Part shown: positions 35,198 to 46,090 of the stretch, one piece after another
How positions within the stretch are numbered: the first letter of the stretch is position 1
Layout of the letters: every line of letters starts with the position of its first letter
Assembly (NCBI GenBank): GCA_002862085.1
Contig: PKCK01000075.1
Span: 1,533-65,532, forward strand
Length of the DNA stretch: 64,000 nt
Direction: 5' to 3'
From: Planctomycetota bacterium
Lineage (GTDB): Bacteria > Planctomycetota > UBA1135 > GCA-002686595
Notes under the pieces: generated by a model
What the model was told of the DNA's origin: nothing
The model's database searches: none
Seen by the model: only the letters and a program-made list of their open reading frames with translations
Made by a program: the position numbers and the translations under genes

Positions 35198-35277
35198 GCG
35201 CCTGAGGCCTCCCAGACGGACACCTATTTCGCGAGCCCGAAACCAGCAGAGCCTGTGAACCAGGGCTCCCCCCAGCG

Positions 35278-35670
35278 ATGACCGAGACCGCCAACAACAC
35301 CGCCTCCGCCGCCGCGCGCAACAGCCGCAGCGTCGTGCAGGGCATCGTCTCGAGCGCCGGGATGGACAAGACCATCTCCGTGCGCGTCGAGCGGATGTTC
35401 AAGCATCCGAAGTACAAGAAGTACATCCGCCGCCACTCCAAGGTGCACGCCCACGACGAGACCAACGAGTGCATGGTCGGCGACGTGGTGGAGCTCATGG
35501 AGTGCCGCCCGATGTCGAAGTCGAAGCGCTATCGCCTCGTCCGCATCGTCGAGCGTCCCTCGCTGCCGGCCGGCGCCGTGAAGCCGACCGAGGTGCAGGC
35601 CGCCGCCACCGCCGACGCGATGGGGGCCGAGGACGACGCCGCTGATTCCGGTCAGGAGGTGGAGTCGTGA
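35278..35670 (+). CDS. rpsQ: 30S ribosomal protein S17 with acidic C-terminal extension
   Basis: MDKTISV; HPKYKKYI; HAHDE; RPMSKSKR. Confidence 0.97.
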   Translation: MTETANNTASAAARNSRSVVQGIVSSAGMDKTISVRVERMFKHPKYKKYIRRHSKVHAHDETNECMVGDVVELMECRPMSKSKRYRLVRIVERPSLPAGAVKPTEVQAAATADAMGAEDDAADSGQEVES

Positions 35671-36035
35671 TCCAGATGCAGACCTATCTGGACGTCGCCG
35701 ACAACACCGGCGCCAAGCAGGTCCAGTGCATCAAGGTGCTCGGTGGCACCCACCGCCGCTACGCCGGTCTCGGCGACATCGTGGTGGCCTCCGTCAAGAA
35801 GGCCATCCCCGGCTCCGAGGTCAAGCCCGGCACCATCGTCAAGGGCGTCATCGTCCGCGTGAAGAAGAACACCCGTCGCCCCGACGGCTCCTACGTTCGC
35901 TTCGATCGCAACGCGCTCGTCATCGTCGACGGCGAGGGCAACCCGAAGGGCACCCGTATCTTCGGCGCCGTCGCCCGCGAGCTGCGCGATCGCAGCTTCA
36001 TGAAGATCGTCTCCCTCGCTCAGGAGGTCATCTGA
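35667..36035 (+). CDS. rplN: 50S ribosomal protein L14
   Basis: VADNTGAK; RFDRNA; [12 protein letters not shown]. Confidence 0.99.
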   Translation: MIQMQTYLDVADNTGAKQVQCIKVLGGTHRRYAGLGDIVVASVKKAIPGSEVKPGTIVKGVIVRVKKNTRRPDGSYVRFDRNALVIVDGEGNPKGTRIFGAVARELRDRSFMKIVSLAQEVI

Positions 36036-36292
36036 TGCACGTCAAGCGCGGAGACCAGGTGATCGTGATCGCCGGCAACGACAAGGGCTCGACCGGTGAG
36101 GTCATCCAGGTCATGCGGTCCGAGAACCGCGTGCTGGTGCAGGGCGTGAACGTCCGCGTCAAGCACGAGAAGCCCACCCAGCAGAGTCCCCAGGGAGAGC
36201 GCGTCGAGCGCGAGTTCCCGATCCACGCGAGCAACGTCCAGCTCATCGATCCCGCGACCGGCAAGGGCACGCGCAAGCGCCCGCAGGCCTGA
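36035..36292 (+). CDS. rplX: 50S ribosomal protein L24 (short, 85 aa)
   Basis: [16 protein letters not shown]; PIHASNV; TGATG overlap with the rplN stop. Confidence 0.96.
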   Translation: MHVKRGDQVIVIAGNDKGSTGEVIQVMRSENRVLVQGVNVRVKHEKPTQQSPQGERVEREFPIHASNVQLIDPATGKGTRKRPQA

Positions 36293-36354
36293 TCGCTCCC
36301 CAGCACATCCCACCCAGACAGCTCAACGGGCCGACAACGACCGGCCCTGAAACC

Positions 36355-36909
36355 ATGGCTGCCCGACTCCAAGAAAAGTACGACAGCGAGGTCCGCGGAA
36401 AGCTCTCCGAGGCCTTCGACATCAAGAACGCCCACGCCGTCCCCCGCCTCGAGAAGATCGTGGTGAACATGGGGGTGAAGGGCGCGGTCGAGTCCAAGTC
36501 GAAGGTCGAGACCGCCGCCCGTGACCTGGGCACGATCACCGGCCAGAAGGCGACCATCCGCAACGCGAAGAAGTCCATCGCGGGCTTCAAGCTGCGCGAG
36601 GGGATGCCGATCGGCTGCGCGGTGACCCTGCGTCGCGACCGCATGTGGGAGTTCGCCGACCGCCTCATCTCGGTCGTCCTCCCTCGTATCCGCGACTTCC
36701 GCGGCGTGAAGGACAAGCTGGACGGCCGGGGCAACTACACCCTGGGCCTCTCCGAGCAGTCCATCTTCCCCGAGATCCCGTTCGACCGGATCGAGTTCCA
36801 GCAGGGCATGGACATCACGTTCGTGACCAGCGCCGGCACCGACGAGCAGGGCTACATGCTGCTCAAGGAACTCGGCATGCCCTTCGTCGACCGCAGCAAG
36901 AAGGACTGA
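36355..36909 (+). CDS. rplE: 50S ribosomal protein L5
   Basis: [12 protein letters not shown]; FKLREG; DGRGNYTLG. Confidence 0.99.
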   Translation: MAARLQEKYDSEVRGKLSEAFDIKNAHAVPRLEKIVVNMGVKGAVESKSKVETAARDLGTITGQKATIRNAKKSIAGFKLREGMPIGCAVTLRRDRMWEFADRLISVVLPRIRDFRGVKDKLDGRGNYTLGLSEQSIFPEIPFDRIEFQQGMDITFVTSAGTDEQGYMLLKELGMPFVDRSKKD

Positions 36910-36949
36910 GCGCGCCAGCTCGCAGCTCACTTCGAAGAGGACAACAGCC

Positions 36950-37345
36950 ATGATGACCGACCCCATCGCCGACATGCTCACCCGCATTCGGAACGCGAAT
37001 TCGATCGGCCGCAAGCGCGTCGACATGCCGGCCTCGCGCATCCGCGTGGGCATCGCCAACGTGCTCAAGGACGAGGGATTCGTCGCGGACTACCGCGTCG
37101 AGGAGGGCCAGCCCTCCAGCACGCTCCACCTGACCCTTCGCTACGGCGTGGACGGTGAGAAGGTGATCCGCTCGATCCGCCGCGTCAGCAAGCCCGGCCG
37201 CCGCGCCTACGCCGGCCTCAAGGAGCTCAAGCCCGTCCTGCGCGGGCAGGGTATCCACGTCCTGTCGACGCCGAAGGGCGTCCTCTCCGACCGCAAGGCC
37301 CGCGAGCTGGGCGTCGGCGGCGAGCTTCTCGCCGAGGTCTTCTGA
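36950..37345 (+). CDS. rpsH: 30S ribosomal protein S8
   Basis: MTDPIADMLTRIRNA; VSKPGRR; STPKG; GGELL. Confidence 0.99.
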   Translation: MMTDPIADMLTRIRNANSIGRKRVDMPASRIRVGIANVLKDEGFVADYRVEEGQPSSTLHLTLRYGVDGEKVIRSIRRVSKPGRRAYAGLKELKPVLRGQGIHVLSTPKGVLSDRKARELGVGGELLAEVF

Positions 37346-37358
37346 TCCAGAACCCGCC

Positions 37359-37904
37359 ATGTCCCGTATCGGCAAAGCACCCGTCACTCTCCCCGGAGGC
37401 GTCACCGTCGACGTCAAGGGCCGGGACGTGACCGTGAAGGGCCCCAAGGGCTCCCTCTGCATGTCGCTCCGCCCCGAGGTGGAGCTGGCCGTCGAGGGCT
37501 CCGAGGCCACCGTCACCCTCAACGGCTCCGGCGCTCCGCGCCAGGCCCGTGCCTTCCACGGCATGACCCGCGCGCTCGTGAACAACATGGTTCACGGCGT
37601 GACCAAGGGCTACGAGAAGAAGCTCGAGATCGTCGGGGTCGGCTGGAACGCCAAGGCCCAGGGCGACAAGGTCGTGCTCAACATCGGCTTCTGCCACGAC
37701 GTCCCGGTCAAGATGCCGGACGGCGTGAAGGTCGAGACCCCCAACCCCACGTCGATCGTCATCACCGGCATCGACAAGCAGGCGGTCGGCCAGATCGCCG
37801 CCGAGATCCGCGCCGTGCGGCCGCCGGAGCCCTACAAGGGCAAGGGCATCCGTTACGAGGGCGAGTACGTGCGCCGCAAGGCGGGCAAGTCCTTCGGCTC
37901 CTGA
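37359..37904 (+). CDS. rplF: 50S ribosomal protein L6
   Basis: MSRIGKAP; RPPEPYKGKGIRY. Confidence 0.99.
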   Translation: MSRIGKAPVTLPGGVTVDVKGRDVTVKGPKGSLCMSLRPEVELAVEGSEATVTLNGSGAPRQARAFHGMTRALVNNMVHGVTKGYEKKLEIVGVGWNAKAQGDKVVLNIGFCHDVPVKMPDGVKVETPNPTSIVITGIDKQAVGQIAAEIRAVRPPEPYKGKGIRYEGEYVRRKAGKSFGS

Positions 37905-37918
37905 TCCACCTCGCTGCG

Positions 37919-38290
37919 ATGAAGTCCACCACGCTGCTCAAGAACAAGCGCCGCGATCGCCGCGCGAAGAGCGTCCGCCGCCGGATCTCCAAGTTCTCCG
38001 GTCGTCCCCGCCTGTCCGTGCACCGCACGACCAAGCACATCTCCGCCCAGGTCATCGACGACGTGGAGGGCAAGACCCTCTGCGCCGTGTCGACGACCTC
38101 GAAGAAGCTCGCCGATCAACTCAGCGGCAAGACCAAGTCCGAGAAGGCCGCCGTCATCGGCGCCGAGATCGCTCGTCTGGCCAAGGAGAAGAACGTCTCC
38201 GACGTGGTCCTGGACCGTGGCTACGCCCGGTACCACGGCCGCGTCAAGGCCCTCGCCGACGCCGCCCGCGAGGGCGGCCTCAGCTTCTGA
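37919..38290 (+). CDS. rplR: 50S ribosomal protein L18
   Basis: PRLSVHRTTKHISAQVIDD; YHGRVKALADAAREGGL. Confidence 0.98.
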   Translation: MKSTTLLKNKRRDRRAKSVRRRISKFSGRPRLSVHRTTKHISAQVIDDVEGKTLCAVSTTSKKLADQLSGKTKSEKAAVIGAEIARLAKEKNVSDVVLDRGYARYHGRVKALADAAREGGLSF

Positions 38291-38310
38291 CCGCTGGCCC
38301 ACCTGATTCC

Positions 38311-38823
38311 ATGAAGACTCACGTCGAATATCTGGACCACGCCGAGATCGAAGAGGCCGGCGAACTCAGCGAGCAGCTGCTCAAGGTCAATCGCTGCGCC
38401 GCCGTCGTGAAGGGCGGCCGCCGCTTCTCCTTCTCCGGCCTCACCGTCGTGGGGAACCGCGCCGGCGTCGTCGGCTACGGCTTCGGCAAGGCGCGCGGCG
38501 TCCCCGCCGCCATCGAGAAGGCCAACAAGGACGGCCGCAAGCACCTCCAGCGCGTGCCTCTCACCAAGGAAGGCACGATCCCGCACGAGGTCATCGGCGA
38601 GTTCTGCTCCGCGCGGGTCAAGCTGATCCCCGCCTCCGAGGGTACGGGCATCATCGCCGGCACCTCGGTGCGCGCCGTGGCCGAGATGGCGGGCATCAAG
38701 AACCTGCTGTCGAAGTCGATGGGCTCGACCAATCCGATCAATCTCGTCAAGGCCGCCCTCGACGCGCTCGCCCAGCTCCGGACCCCGGAAGAGGTCGAGG
38801 AGCTGCGCGGCACGAAGCTCTGA
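38311..38823 (+). CDS. rpsE: 30S ribosomal protein S5
   Basis: VVKGGRRFSF; GYGFGKA; GTGIIAG. Confidence 0.98.
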   Translation: MKTHVEYLDHAEIEEAGELSEQLLKVNRCAAVVKGGRRFSFSGLTVVGNRAGVVGYGFGKARGVPAAIEKANKDGRKHLQRVPLTKEGTIPHEVIGEFCSARVKLIPASEGTGIIAGTSVRAVAEMAGIKNLLSKSMGSTNPINLVKAALDALAQLRTPEEVEELRGTKL

Positions 38824-38854
38824 GCCCGAAGGCTCCACGCCAAGGAACATCACC

Positions 38855-39331
38855 ATGGACCTCTCCTCCGTCTGCGCCAAGGGCACCAAGTACGCGTCTC
38901 GCGTGCGCGTGGGCCGTGGCACCGGCTCCGGCAAGGGCAAGACCTCGGGTCGCGGCCACAAGGGTCGCGGTCAGCGCTCAGGCGCGAGCCGTCGCGCCGG
39001 CTACGAGGGCGGGCAGATGCCGATCTACCGCCAGGTGCCCAAGCGTGGCTTCACCAACGCCCGCTTCCGCACCGACTACACGATCATCAACGTGGGGGAC
39101 CTGTCCGCCTTCGAGGGCGGCGCCACGGTCGACCTCGAGGCGATCCTCTCGAAGGGCCTCGCCTCGAAGAACACCGACCTCCTCAAGATCCTCGGCAACG
39201 GCGAGCTGAGCGCGGGCATCACCGTCCGCGCGCAGAAGTTCTCGAAGAGCGCCCGCGCAAAGATCGAAGCCGCTGGCGGCACCGCCATCGAACTCGATGC
39301 CCGCGGTCGCGAGGCTTCGGCCGAGTCCTGA
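38855..39331 (+). CDS. rplO: 50S ribosomal protein L15
   Basis: GRGTGSGKGKTSGRGHKG; EGGQMP; KRGF. Confidence 0.98.
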   Translation: MDLSSVCAKGTKYASRVRVGRGTGSGKGKTSGRGHKGRGQRSGASRRAGYEGGQMPIYRQVPKRGFTNARFRTDYTIINVGDLSAFEGGATVDLEAILSKGLASKNTDLLKILGNGELSAGITVRAQKFSKSARAKIEAAGGTAIELDARGREASAES

Positions 39332-39385
39332 TCGCGTCCTCCGACCGAGCCCTTCCCCAACCGCGCCCCTGACCCCTCACCGCTC

Positions 39386-40774
39386 GTGGATAACAACTTC
39401 CTCAAGCTGTTCAAGATTCCGGAGACCCGGCAGCGCATCCTGCGCACGCTGGGCCTCCTGATCGCGTACAGGGTCGGGTTCCAGATCCCGATCCCGGGGA
39501 TGAACCCTCAGTACCTGCAGGAGTCGGCGCAGGGCCTCTTCGGCCTGATCTCGGCCCTGTCCGGTGGTGCGCTGGGTCAGACGACGATCTTCGCCCTCGG
39601 GATCATGCCGTACATCTCGGCGTCGATCATCTTCTCGATGCTGACGAAGGTCTCGCCCCAGCTCGAGGCCGTGTCGAAGGAGGGGGCCGCGGGTCAGAAG
39701 AAGATCAACCAATGGACCCGTCTCACCACGGTGCCCATCGCGCTGGTCCAGGCGATCTTCATCTACACCGGCGTCTTCCTGCAGGATCCCAAGAAGATCG
39801 ATCCCGGGATGGCGGGCCACCCGCTGGTCCTCGGCCTCATCGTGGTGGGGGCCCTCGTCACGGGGGCGCTGCTCGTCATGTGGATCGGTGAGCTGATCAC
39901 CGAGTACGGCGTGGGCAACGGCGCCTCGCTGATCATCATGGCCGGCATCATCGCGGGCCTGCCGAGCAGCATCGCCAGCCTCAAGACCAGCAACGCGGAC
40001 GAGTTCTGGAACATCATGGTGTTCCTGGCGCTGGTCTGGGCCGTGACGATCTTCGTCGTCGTCTTCATGCACAAGGGCGCGCGCCGGATCCCGATCCAGT
40101 ACGCGCGCCTGCAGCGCGGCCGCCGCGTCTACGGCGGGCAACGTCACTTCCTGCCGCTCAAGGTGAACATGGCCGGCGTCATGCCGATCATCTTCGCCTC
40201 GGTGCTGTTCGTGATCCCGGGCATCCTGTTCCAGTGGCTCGGTTGGAGCTACGGCGCCCAGATGTTCGGGGACCCGACGGGGTTCACCTACACGACGCTG
40301 TACCTGCTCCTGATCTTCTCCTTCTGCTTCTTCTGGAACCGTCTGATGTTCCAGCCGGAGGACATCGCGAACAACCTGCGCGAGCACGGGTCCTTCATCC
40401 CGGGGATCCGCCCGGGTGCGAAGACCGCGGAGTACCTGTCGAGCGTTCTCACCAGGATCACACTGGCTGGCGCCGCGTTCCTCGCGATCGTCGCGGTCGT
40501 GCCGAACTTCATCACGGCGGACACCAGCCTGACGCTGGAGATGCGCTACTTCCTCGGCGGGACGAGCGTGCTGATCGTGGTGGGGGTGGCGCTCGAGCTC
40601 GTCGACAAGCTCCAGGCCCAGCTCGTGATGAAGGCCTACGACGGGGGTGGCGGAGAAGGGACGCCCGCCGCGCCGGCCGCTGGCGGCAAGGCCAAGAAGA
40701 AGAAGGGTGGCTCCGGTCAGACCGGCGCATCCTGGACCAAGCGTGATGGAGGAGCGCAGCCCGGCAAGAGCTGA
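39386..40774 (+). CDS. secY: preprotein translocase subunit SecY
   Basis: [15 protein letters not shown]; GVGNGASL; FIPGIRPG; [13 protein letters not shown]. Confidence 0.99.
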   Translation: MDNNFLKLFKIPETRQRILRTLGLLIAYRVGFQIPIPGMNPQYLQESAQGLFGLISALSGGALGQTTIFALGIMPYISASIIFSMLTKVSPQLEAVSKEGAAGQKKINQWTRLTTVPIALVQAIFIYTGVFLQDPKKIDPGMAGHPLVLGLIVVGALVTGALLVMWIGELITEYGVGNGASLIIMAGIIAGLPSSIASLKTSNADEFWNIMVFLALVWAVTIFVVVFMHKGARRIPIQYARLQRGRRVYGGQRHFLPLKVNMAGVMPIIFASVLFVIPGILFQWLGWSYGAQMFGDPTGFTYTTLYLLLIFSFCFFWNRLMFQPEDIANNLREHGSFIPGIRPGAKTAEYLSSVLTRITLAGAAFLAIVAVVPNFITADTSLTLEMRYFLGGTSVLIVVGVALELVDKLQAQLVMKAYDGGGGEGTPAAPAAGGKAKKKKGGSGQTGASWTKRDGGAQPGKS

Positions 40775-40785
40775 GGCGGCCGTCC

Positions 40786-41046
40786 ATGGCGAAGGAAGAA
40801 CCGATCACCGTCGAGGCCATCGTGACCGAGGCCCTCCCGAACGCCCGTTTCAGGGCGAAGCTGGAGTCGGGCCACGAGATCCTCGCGCACGTCTCCGGCA
40901 AGATGCGGATGCACTACATCCGGATCCTCCCGGGGGACAAGATCACAGTCGAGATGTCACCGTACGACCTCACCAAGGGTCGGATCACCTGCCGAGGCGA
41001 GCGTCGTAGACGCGGCGGCCGCGGCCGTAGGAGAAGAAGAAGATGA
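40786..41046 (+). CDS. infA: translation initiation factor IF-1 with Arg-rich C-terminal tail
   Basis: EALPNARFR; [15 protein letters not shown]; [10 protein letters not shown]. Confidence 0.97.
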   Translation: MAKEEPITVEAIVTEALPNARFRAKLESGHEILAHVSGKMRMHYIRILPGDKITVEMSPYDLTKGRITCRGERRRRGGRGRRRRRR

Positions 41047-41162
41047 AAGTTCGCAGCAGCGTCCGGCGCATGTGCGCCTCCTGCAAGATCGTCAAGCGTC
41101 GTGGGGTCCTTCGGGTCATCTGCGACGCCGACCCCCGTCACAAGCAGCGCCAGGGCAAGTGA
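41043..41162 (+). CDS. rpmJ: 50S ribosomal protein L36 (Zn-binding form)
   Basis: Manual translation (absent from the ORF track): [39 protein letters not shown]. Confidence 0.96.
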   Translation: MKVRSSVRRMCASCKIVKRRGVLRVICDADPRHKQRQGK

Positions 41163-41246
41163 TCGCTTCGGCGACCCCAGCCCTCACCCCCGACCACACC
41201 CCGGGCCCGGCACTCCGCCGCGCCTCCCTTCAGAGCAGAGCATTTC

Positions 41247-41624
41247 ATGGCACGTGTCATCGGCGTCGACATCCCGAACGACAAGCGTTTGGAGATCAGC
41301 CTGACCTACATCTTCGGCGTGGGCCGCAAGACGGCCCTCGACGTGTGCCGCGACCTCAACCTCGACCCGGGGATGAAGGCGCGGGACCTGACCGAGGAGC
41401 AGCTGACCAACCTCGCGAACCATCTCCAGAAGGAGTACCAGGTCGAGGGTGAGCTCCGACGCTCCCTCGCCCAGGCCATCGGGCGCCTGCGTGATATCGG
41501 CTGCTACCGCGGCCTCCGCCACCGCCGCCAGCTCCCCGTTCGCGGTCAGCGCACACGAACCAACGCCCGCTCCCGCAAGGGTCCCAAGAAGACCGTCGCC
41601 GGCAAGAAGTCCATCAAGAAGTGA
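41247..41624 (+). CDS. rpsM: 30S ribosomal protein S13
   Basis: [10 protein letters not shown]; [23 protein letters not shown]. Confidence 0.99.
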   Translation: MARVIGVDIPNDKRLEISLTYIFGVGRKTALDVCRDLNLDPGMKARDLTEEQLTNLANHLQKEYQVEGELRRSLAQAIGRLRDIGCYRGLRHRRQLPVRGQRTRTNARSRKGPKKTVAGKKSIKK

Positions 41625-41702
41625 TCGCCGCGACGGCCGGCGAAGCGCTCGCGCCCGAGCGCTCGCGCCCCGCCACCGCCCGACCGAGACCAGAAGCAAA
41701 TC

Positions 41703-42083
41703 ATGGCCAAGAGCACCAAGCGCAAGGCGAAGAAGAACATCGTCAAGGGGATCGTCCACGTGAAGTCGACGTTCAACAACACCCACGTGACGATCACCGA
41801 TCCCGCCGGCAACACCATCTCCTGGGGTACTGCCGGCAGCCAGGGATTCAAGGGCACTCGTAAGAGCACCCCCTTCGCGGCACAGCGCGCCGCGGACAAC
41901 GCCGCCCAAGCAGCGATGCGGCACGGTCTCAAGGAGGTCGAGGTGCGCGTCAAGGGCGCCGGCTCCGGCCGCGAGTCCGCCGTCCGCGCCCTGGCCAACG
42001 CCGGGCTTCGCGTCATCTCCATCGAGGACGTGACCCCGCTTCCCCACAACGGCTGCCGCGCGAAGAAGCGCCGCCGCGTCTGA
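41703..42083 (+). CDS. rpsK: 30S ribosomal protein S11
   Basis: STFNNT; RKSTPFAAQ; [11 protein letters not shown]. Confidence 0.99.
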   Translation: MAKSTKRKAKKNIVKGIVHVKSTFNNTHVTITDPAGNTISWGTAGSQGFKGTRKSTPFAAQRAADNAAQAAMRHGLKEVEVRVKGAGSGRESAVRALANAGLRVISIEDVTPLPHNGCRAKKRRRV

Positions 42084-42139
42084 TCCCCTTCACCAGCAGC
42101 AGCCCACGCAGCCAGCCCGAACACTAGAGGCAGCGAACC

Positions 42140-42769
42140 ATGGCTCGTTACACCGGACCCAAGATCAAGCAGTGCCGACGGGAGGGGATGAACCTCTTCT
42201 TCCTCGGACAGAACACCTCCAGCGGCAAGGTCGCAGTGCTCCAACGCCGTGACTACCCGCCGGGCGTGCACGCGCAGAGCCGCCGCAAGGTGACCGAGTA
42301 CGGCGTCCGCCTGCGCGAGAAGCAGAAGCTCAAGCGCGTCTTCGGCGTCCTCGAGCGTCAGTTCAAGCGCTACTTCACCGAGGCCGAGCGCATGAAGGGC
42401 AACACGGGTGAGAACCTGCTGTCGCTCCTCAGCCGCCGTATGGACAACGTCGTGCTCGCCGGTGGCTTCGCCACCACGCTGGCGCAGGCGCGCCAGATGG
42501 TGAACCACGGCCATTTTCGCGTGAACGGCAAGCGCGTGACCATCCCGTCCTACCGCGTCCGCGTCGGTGACGTCATCACCCCGCGCGACAAGGAGAACAC
42601 CAAGAAGATCGTCTCCGGGTTCATCGACGTGAACAAAGGTGGCTTCCAGCCCGACTGGCTGGGCATCGATGGCGACGCCATGGCGATCACCGTCAACAGC
42701 CTGCCCCGCCGCGAAGACTTCCAGTTCCCGATCCAGGAGCAGCTCATCGTCGAGCTCTGCTCGAAGTGA
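42140..42769 (+). CDS. rpsD: 30S ribosomal protein S4
   Basis: MARYTGP; LREKQK; RRMDNVV; ARQMVNHGH; IVELCSK. Confidence 0.98.
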   Translation: MARYTGPKIKQCRREGMNLFFLGQNTSSGKVAVLQRRDYPPGVHAQSRRKVTEYGVRLREKQKLKRVFGVLERQFKRYFTEAERMKGNTGENLLSLLSRRMDNVVLAGGFATTLAQARQMVNHGHFRVNGKRVTIPSYRVRVGDVITPRDKENTKKIVSGFIDVNKGGFQPDWLGIDGDAMAITVNSLPRREDFQFPIQEQLIVELCSK

Positions 42770-42985
42770 TCCGGCCCCTGGCGCGGCGCGCGACCTCGTC
42801 GCCGCTCGCCGGGACCTCTCCCCCCCCTCTCACACCTCCTCTCCCCGCCCGACGCACGCAGCGAACCCGCTCCGGCACAGAGTCAGCCGCTCCGAGAGAC
42901 GCGACCGACCTGCCGGCCCACGGCTCGCCCCGCCTGCAAACGGGCAACAACCCACCCCGACCCGTCCCGAGGACGGGTCCGACCC

Positions 42986-43981
42986 ATGAGGATTCGCTGG
43001 CGTAACTTCGAGCTCCCTTCGCGCGTCGAGGCCGACGGGGGCACGCTCACCGACCGCTACGGCCGGTTCCTGATCGACCCCTTCGAGCGCGGCTTCGGGC
43101 AGACCATCGGCAACGGGCTCCGCCGCGTGCTGCTCTCGTCCATCGAGGGCTGCGCGGTCACCTCCGTCCGCATCGACGGAGCCAGCCATGAGTTCGACAG
43201 CCTCGAGGGCGTCTACGAGGACGTCGCGGCCATCATCCTGAACCTCAAGCGCCTGCGCATCGACTACGACGGCGACGATCCCATCGTCTGCCGCGTCCAG
43301 AAGTCGAGCGAGGGTGCGGTGACGGGTGCGGACGTCCACTGCGAGGGCACCGCCAAGGTGGTCAACGAGGACCTGCACATCTGCACCCTCACGATGGACC
43401 GCGAGCTCGACATCGAGCTCAACGTGGCTCGCGGCCGCGGCTACGTCCCCGCCGAGGAGAACAATCGCGACGATCAGGAGCTCGGCACCATCCCCGTCGC
43501 CTCCAGCTACTCGCCCGTCGAGCGCGTCCGCTACGGCATCGAGGCCACTCGCGTCGGTAAGTTCACGAACTACGACCGCCTGATCCTCGAGGTCTGGACC
43601 GACGGCACGGTCACTCCGGAGCTGGCGCTGACCGAGGCCGCGAAGATCTACCGCAAGCACCTGAACCCCTTCGTCCTCCAGGGCGAGACCCGGGACAGCA
43701 GCCCGCTCATCGAGGCTCCGACCTCGAGCGAGTTCAACCCGCAGGCGCAGGAGAACTCCGAGCTCTCCCGTCTGCTCGACTCGCCGATCGCCGACCTCGA
43801 GCTCTCCGTCCGGGCGCGCAACTGCCTCGACGGCGCGAACCTCCAGAGCCTGCGCGACCTCGTGACGATGTCGGAGAACGACGTCATCAACCTCAAGAAC
43901 CTCGGCAAGACCTCGCTCACCGAGATCAAGTCCAAGCTCGCGGAGCGCGGCCTGTCCCTGGGCATGCGCGTCACCGACTGA
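42986..43981 (+). CDS. rpoA: RNA polymerase alpha subunit
   Basis: [22 protein letters not shown]; [12 protein letters not shown]; [11 protein letters not shown]; [10 protein letters not shown]. Confidence 0.99.
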   Translation: MRIRWRNFELPSRVEADGGTLTDRYGRFLIDPFERGFGQTIGNGLRRVLLSSIEGCAVTSVRIDGASHEFDSLEGVYEDVAAIILNLKRLRIDYDGDDPIVCRVQKSSEGAVTGADVHCEGTAKVVNEDLHICTLTMDRELDIELNVARGRGYVPAEENNRDDQELGTIPVASSYSPVERVRYGIEATRVGKFTNYDRLILEVWTDGTVTPELALTEAAKIYRKHLNPFVLQGETRDSSPLIEAPTSSEFNPQAQENSELSRLLDSPIADLELSVRARNCLDGANLQSLRDLVTMSENDVINLKNLGKTSLTEIKSKLAERGLSLGMRVTD

Positions 43982-44073
43982 ACACGACCCGCGCTGCTCC
44001 AGCGCAACCGACCCCAGATTCGAAAGGGGCGTCCCCCTGGCCAGCCGGTCACGGACGCGACACCAAGACTCCC

Positions 44074-44463
44074 ATGCGCCACCGCGTTGCAGGCTACAAG
44101 CTCGGCCGGACGACCAGCCACCGGATCGCCATGACCCGGAACATGGCGGCGTCGCTGATCGAGCACGAGCGGATCATCACGACCGTGCAGAAGGCGAAGG
44201 CCGTCAAGCCTTTCGTCGAGAAGCTCGTGACCCTCGCCAAGGACCCGAGCCAGCACAACCGCCGCCGCGCGTTCTCGAAGCTCCGCAGCAAGGAGGGCAC
44301 CCAGAAGCTCTTCGAAGTGCTCGGTCCCCGCTTCCTCGAGCGCCCCGGCGGCTACTGCCGGATCATCAAGCTGGCCAAGCGTCGCCTCGGCGACAACGGC
44401 GAGCGCGCGATCATCGAGTTCGTGGAGCGCACGCCCCGCGAAGAGGCCGTCGAGGTCGAGTGA
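44074..44463 (+). CDS. rplQ: 50S ribosomal protein L17
   Basis: MRHR...KLGRTTSHR; [10 protein letters not shown]; RRLGD. Confidence 0.98.
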   Translation: MRHRVAGYKLGRTTSHRIAMTRNMAASLIEHERIITTVQKAKAVKPFVEKLVTLAKDPSQHNRRRAFSKLRSKEGTQKLFEVLGPRFLERPGGYCRIIKLAKRRLGDNGERAIIEFVERTPREEAVEVE

Positions 44464-44476
44464 TCTCGATCCGAGC

Positions 44477-45055
44477 GTGACGCGCCACTTCCTCATCTTC
44501 GGCCCGCCCGCCGCGGGCAAGGGCACCCAGGCGGGTGCTCTGAAGGATCACCTGGGGGTGCCCCACGTGTCCACCGGCGACATGTTCCGCGCGCATCTCT
44601 CGGGTGACACGGAGCTGGGGAAGGTGGTGAAGGACATCCTCGCCTCGGGCCAGCTCGTCCCGGACACCATCACCAACCAGATGGTCGCGGAGAGGCTCGC
44701 CGAAGCCGATACCGCGGAAGGCGCCCTCCTCGACGGCTTCCCCCGGAACGTGATCCAGGCGGCATGGCTCGACGGATACCTCGCCGGGCACAGGACGAAG
44801 CTGTCCGGTGTGGTCGTGCTCCGCGTTCCGGACGAGGAGCTGAGGAGCCGCCTCGTGGGGCGCGCCGAGAAGGAGAACCGATCCGACGACGCGGATCCCG
44901 CCGTCGTCCAGCGCCGCATCGACACCTACAAGGAGCAGTCCGAGCCCTGCATCGCCTACTACAAGGCGCAGGGGATGGTCGACGTGCACGAGGTGGACGG
45001 CGTCGGCTCGATCGAGGAGGTCGAAGCGCGCATCCGCGCGTCCGTGGGCGGCTGA
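44477..45055 (+). CDS. adk: adenylate kinase (short LID)
   Basis: P-loop GPPAAGKGTQA; STGDMFR; LDGFPRN; RSDD. GTG start. Confidence 0.96.
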   Translation: MTRHFLIFGPPAAGKGTQAGALKDHLGVPHVSTGDMFRAHLSGDTELGKVVKDILASGQLVPDTITNQMVAERLAEADTAEGALLDGFPRNVIQAAWLDGYLAGHRTKLSGVVVLRVPDEELRSRLVGRAEKENRSDDADPAVVQRRIDTYKEQSEPCIAYYKAQGMVDVHEVDGVGSIEEVEARIRASVGG

Positions 45056-45079
45056 CCTCCACGCCATCGTCGTCGCCCA

Positions 45080-45115
45080 GAGGCGCGGTCGCTCCGGACG
45101 GAGCGCCCGCGCCTC
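45080..45115 (+). terminator. GC-rich hairpin after adk (probable end of the r-protein operon)
   Basis: GAGGCGCGG/CCGCGCCTC arms enclosing CGCTCC-GGAC-GGAGCG; no U-tract. Confidence 0.5.
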
Positions 45116-45220
45116 CTGCGTACCGGGCCACTCCGCTCGACGCCTCCCGCGCCAGCGAGGAGGCGGGCGCGGCCCCCCGGGTGGGGGGGCGCGCCCGCTG
45201 CGCGAATCGCTCTCCGGACC

Positions 45221-46090
45221 TCAGCGCTCGACGCGGCGCACCGGGATCTGCACCTCGGAGAACTGTCGGCGACGCGGCACGCTCGGGCCGTTGTAACCCA
45301 TGAGCCGCGGGTTCCCGGCGGCCTCCCAGCCGGGCCGCGCGGCGAGCCACGCCTCGAGTTCGGCGAGAGCCTCGACCGTGGCCGCGCCCTCGACGCGCCC
45401 GCGGACGCCGATGGTCACGACGGTCATCGGCTGGATGTCCTCGACCATGACGCGCCCGGCCTCGCCCGCGGCGCCCATGTCGGGCGTGCGGTACATGAAG
45501 CCCATGTCGACCGCGCGCCCCCGATCCTTGTCCATGGTCATCTCGACGGGCGCCGTCATGGCGATGTCGCGGTCGGAGATATGGCGGAAGAGCGTGAAGA
45601 AAGCGCCGTTCGAGCGGCCCATCCCCATGTCAGCCCGGGCCATGCGGTACCGCGGGTACTCGACCACGCGGATCTCGCCGGCGGGCGCGGGGTAGGGGAA
45701 GCCGACGGGGAGGGGGGCTTCCATGATCGGCTCGAAGGCGAGGTCGAGGGCCGCGCTCCGGGTGACCATCTCCATGAGCAGCGCCGCAGCGCGCGGCTGG
45801 GCAGCCGCGGTCCGCAGCGCCTCTCGGCCGGCCTCCCGCAGCTCGTCGGCGATGGTCGAGCCCTTGGGGAGCGCGACGGCGGCCGCTGCTGCGCGCCGCA
45901 CCATCGCGCGGACCCGATCCGAGTCCGAGAGTTCGGAGGGCAGCTCCGTACGGAGCGCTTCGAGGGCGAGGACGCGTCGGCGAGTCTCCTCGAGGGCCGC
46001 CGCGGACTTCTCGGGGAGCTCGCCGTCGCCGACAGCGGGGACAGGCGCGGGCGCGTGGAGCGGAAGGAGCGCGAGGAGTGTGGTCAGCAT
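45221..46090 (-). CDS. secreted SOUL heme-binding family protein
   Basis: Signal-like N-terminus; GAFFTLFRHI, IAMTAPV and GYNGP...EVQIPV motifs typical of SOUL/HBP. Confidence 0.8.
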   Translation of the reverse strand: MLTTLLALLPLHAPAPVPAVGDGELPEKSAAALEETRRRVLALEALRTELPSELSDSDRVRAMVRRAAAAAVALPKGSTIADELREAGREALRTAAAQPRAAALLMEMVTRSAALDLAFEPIMEAPLPVGFPYPAPAGEIRVVEYPRYRMARADMGMGRSNGAFFTLFRHISDRDIAMTAPVEMTMDKDRGRAVDMGFMYRTPDMGAAGEAGRVMVEDIQPMTVVTIGVRGRVEGAATVEALAELEAWLAARPGWEAAGNPRLMGYNGPSVPRRRQFSEVQIPVRRVER

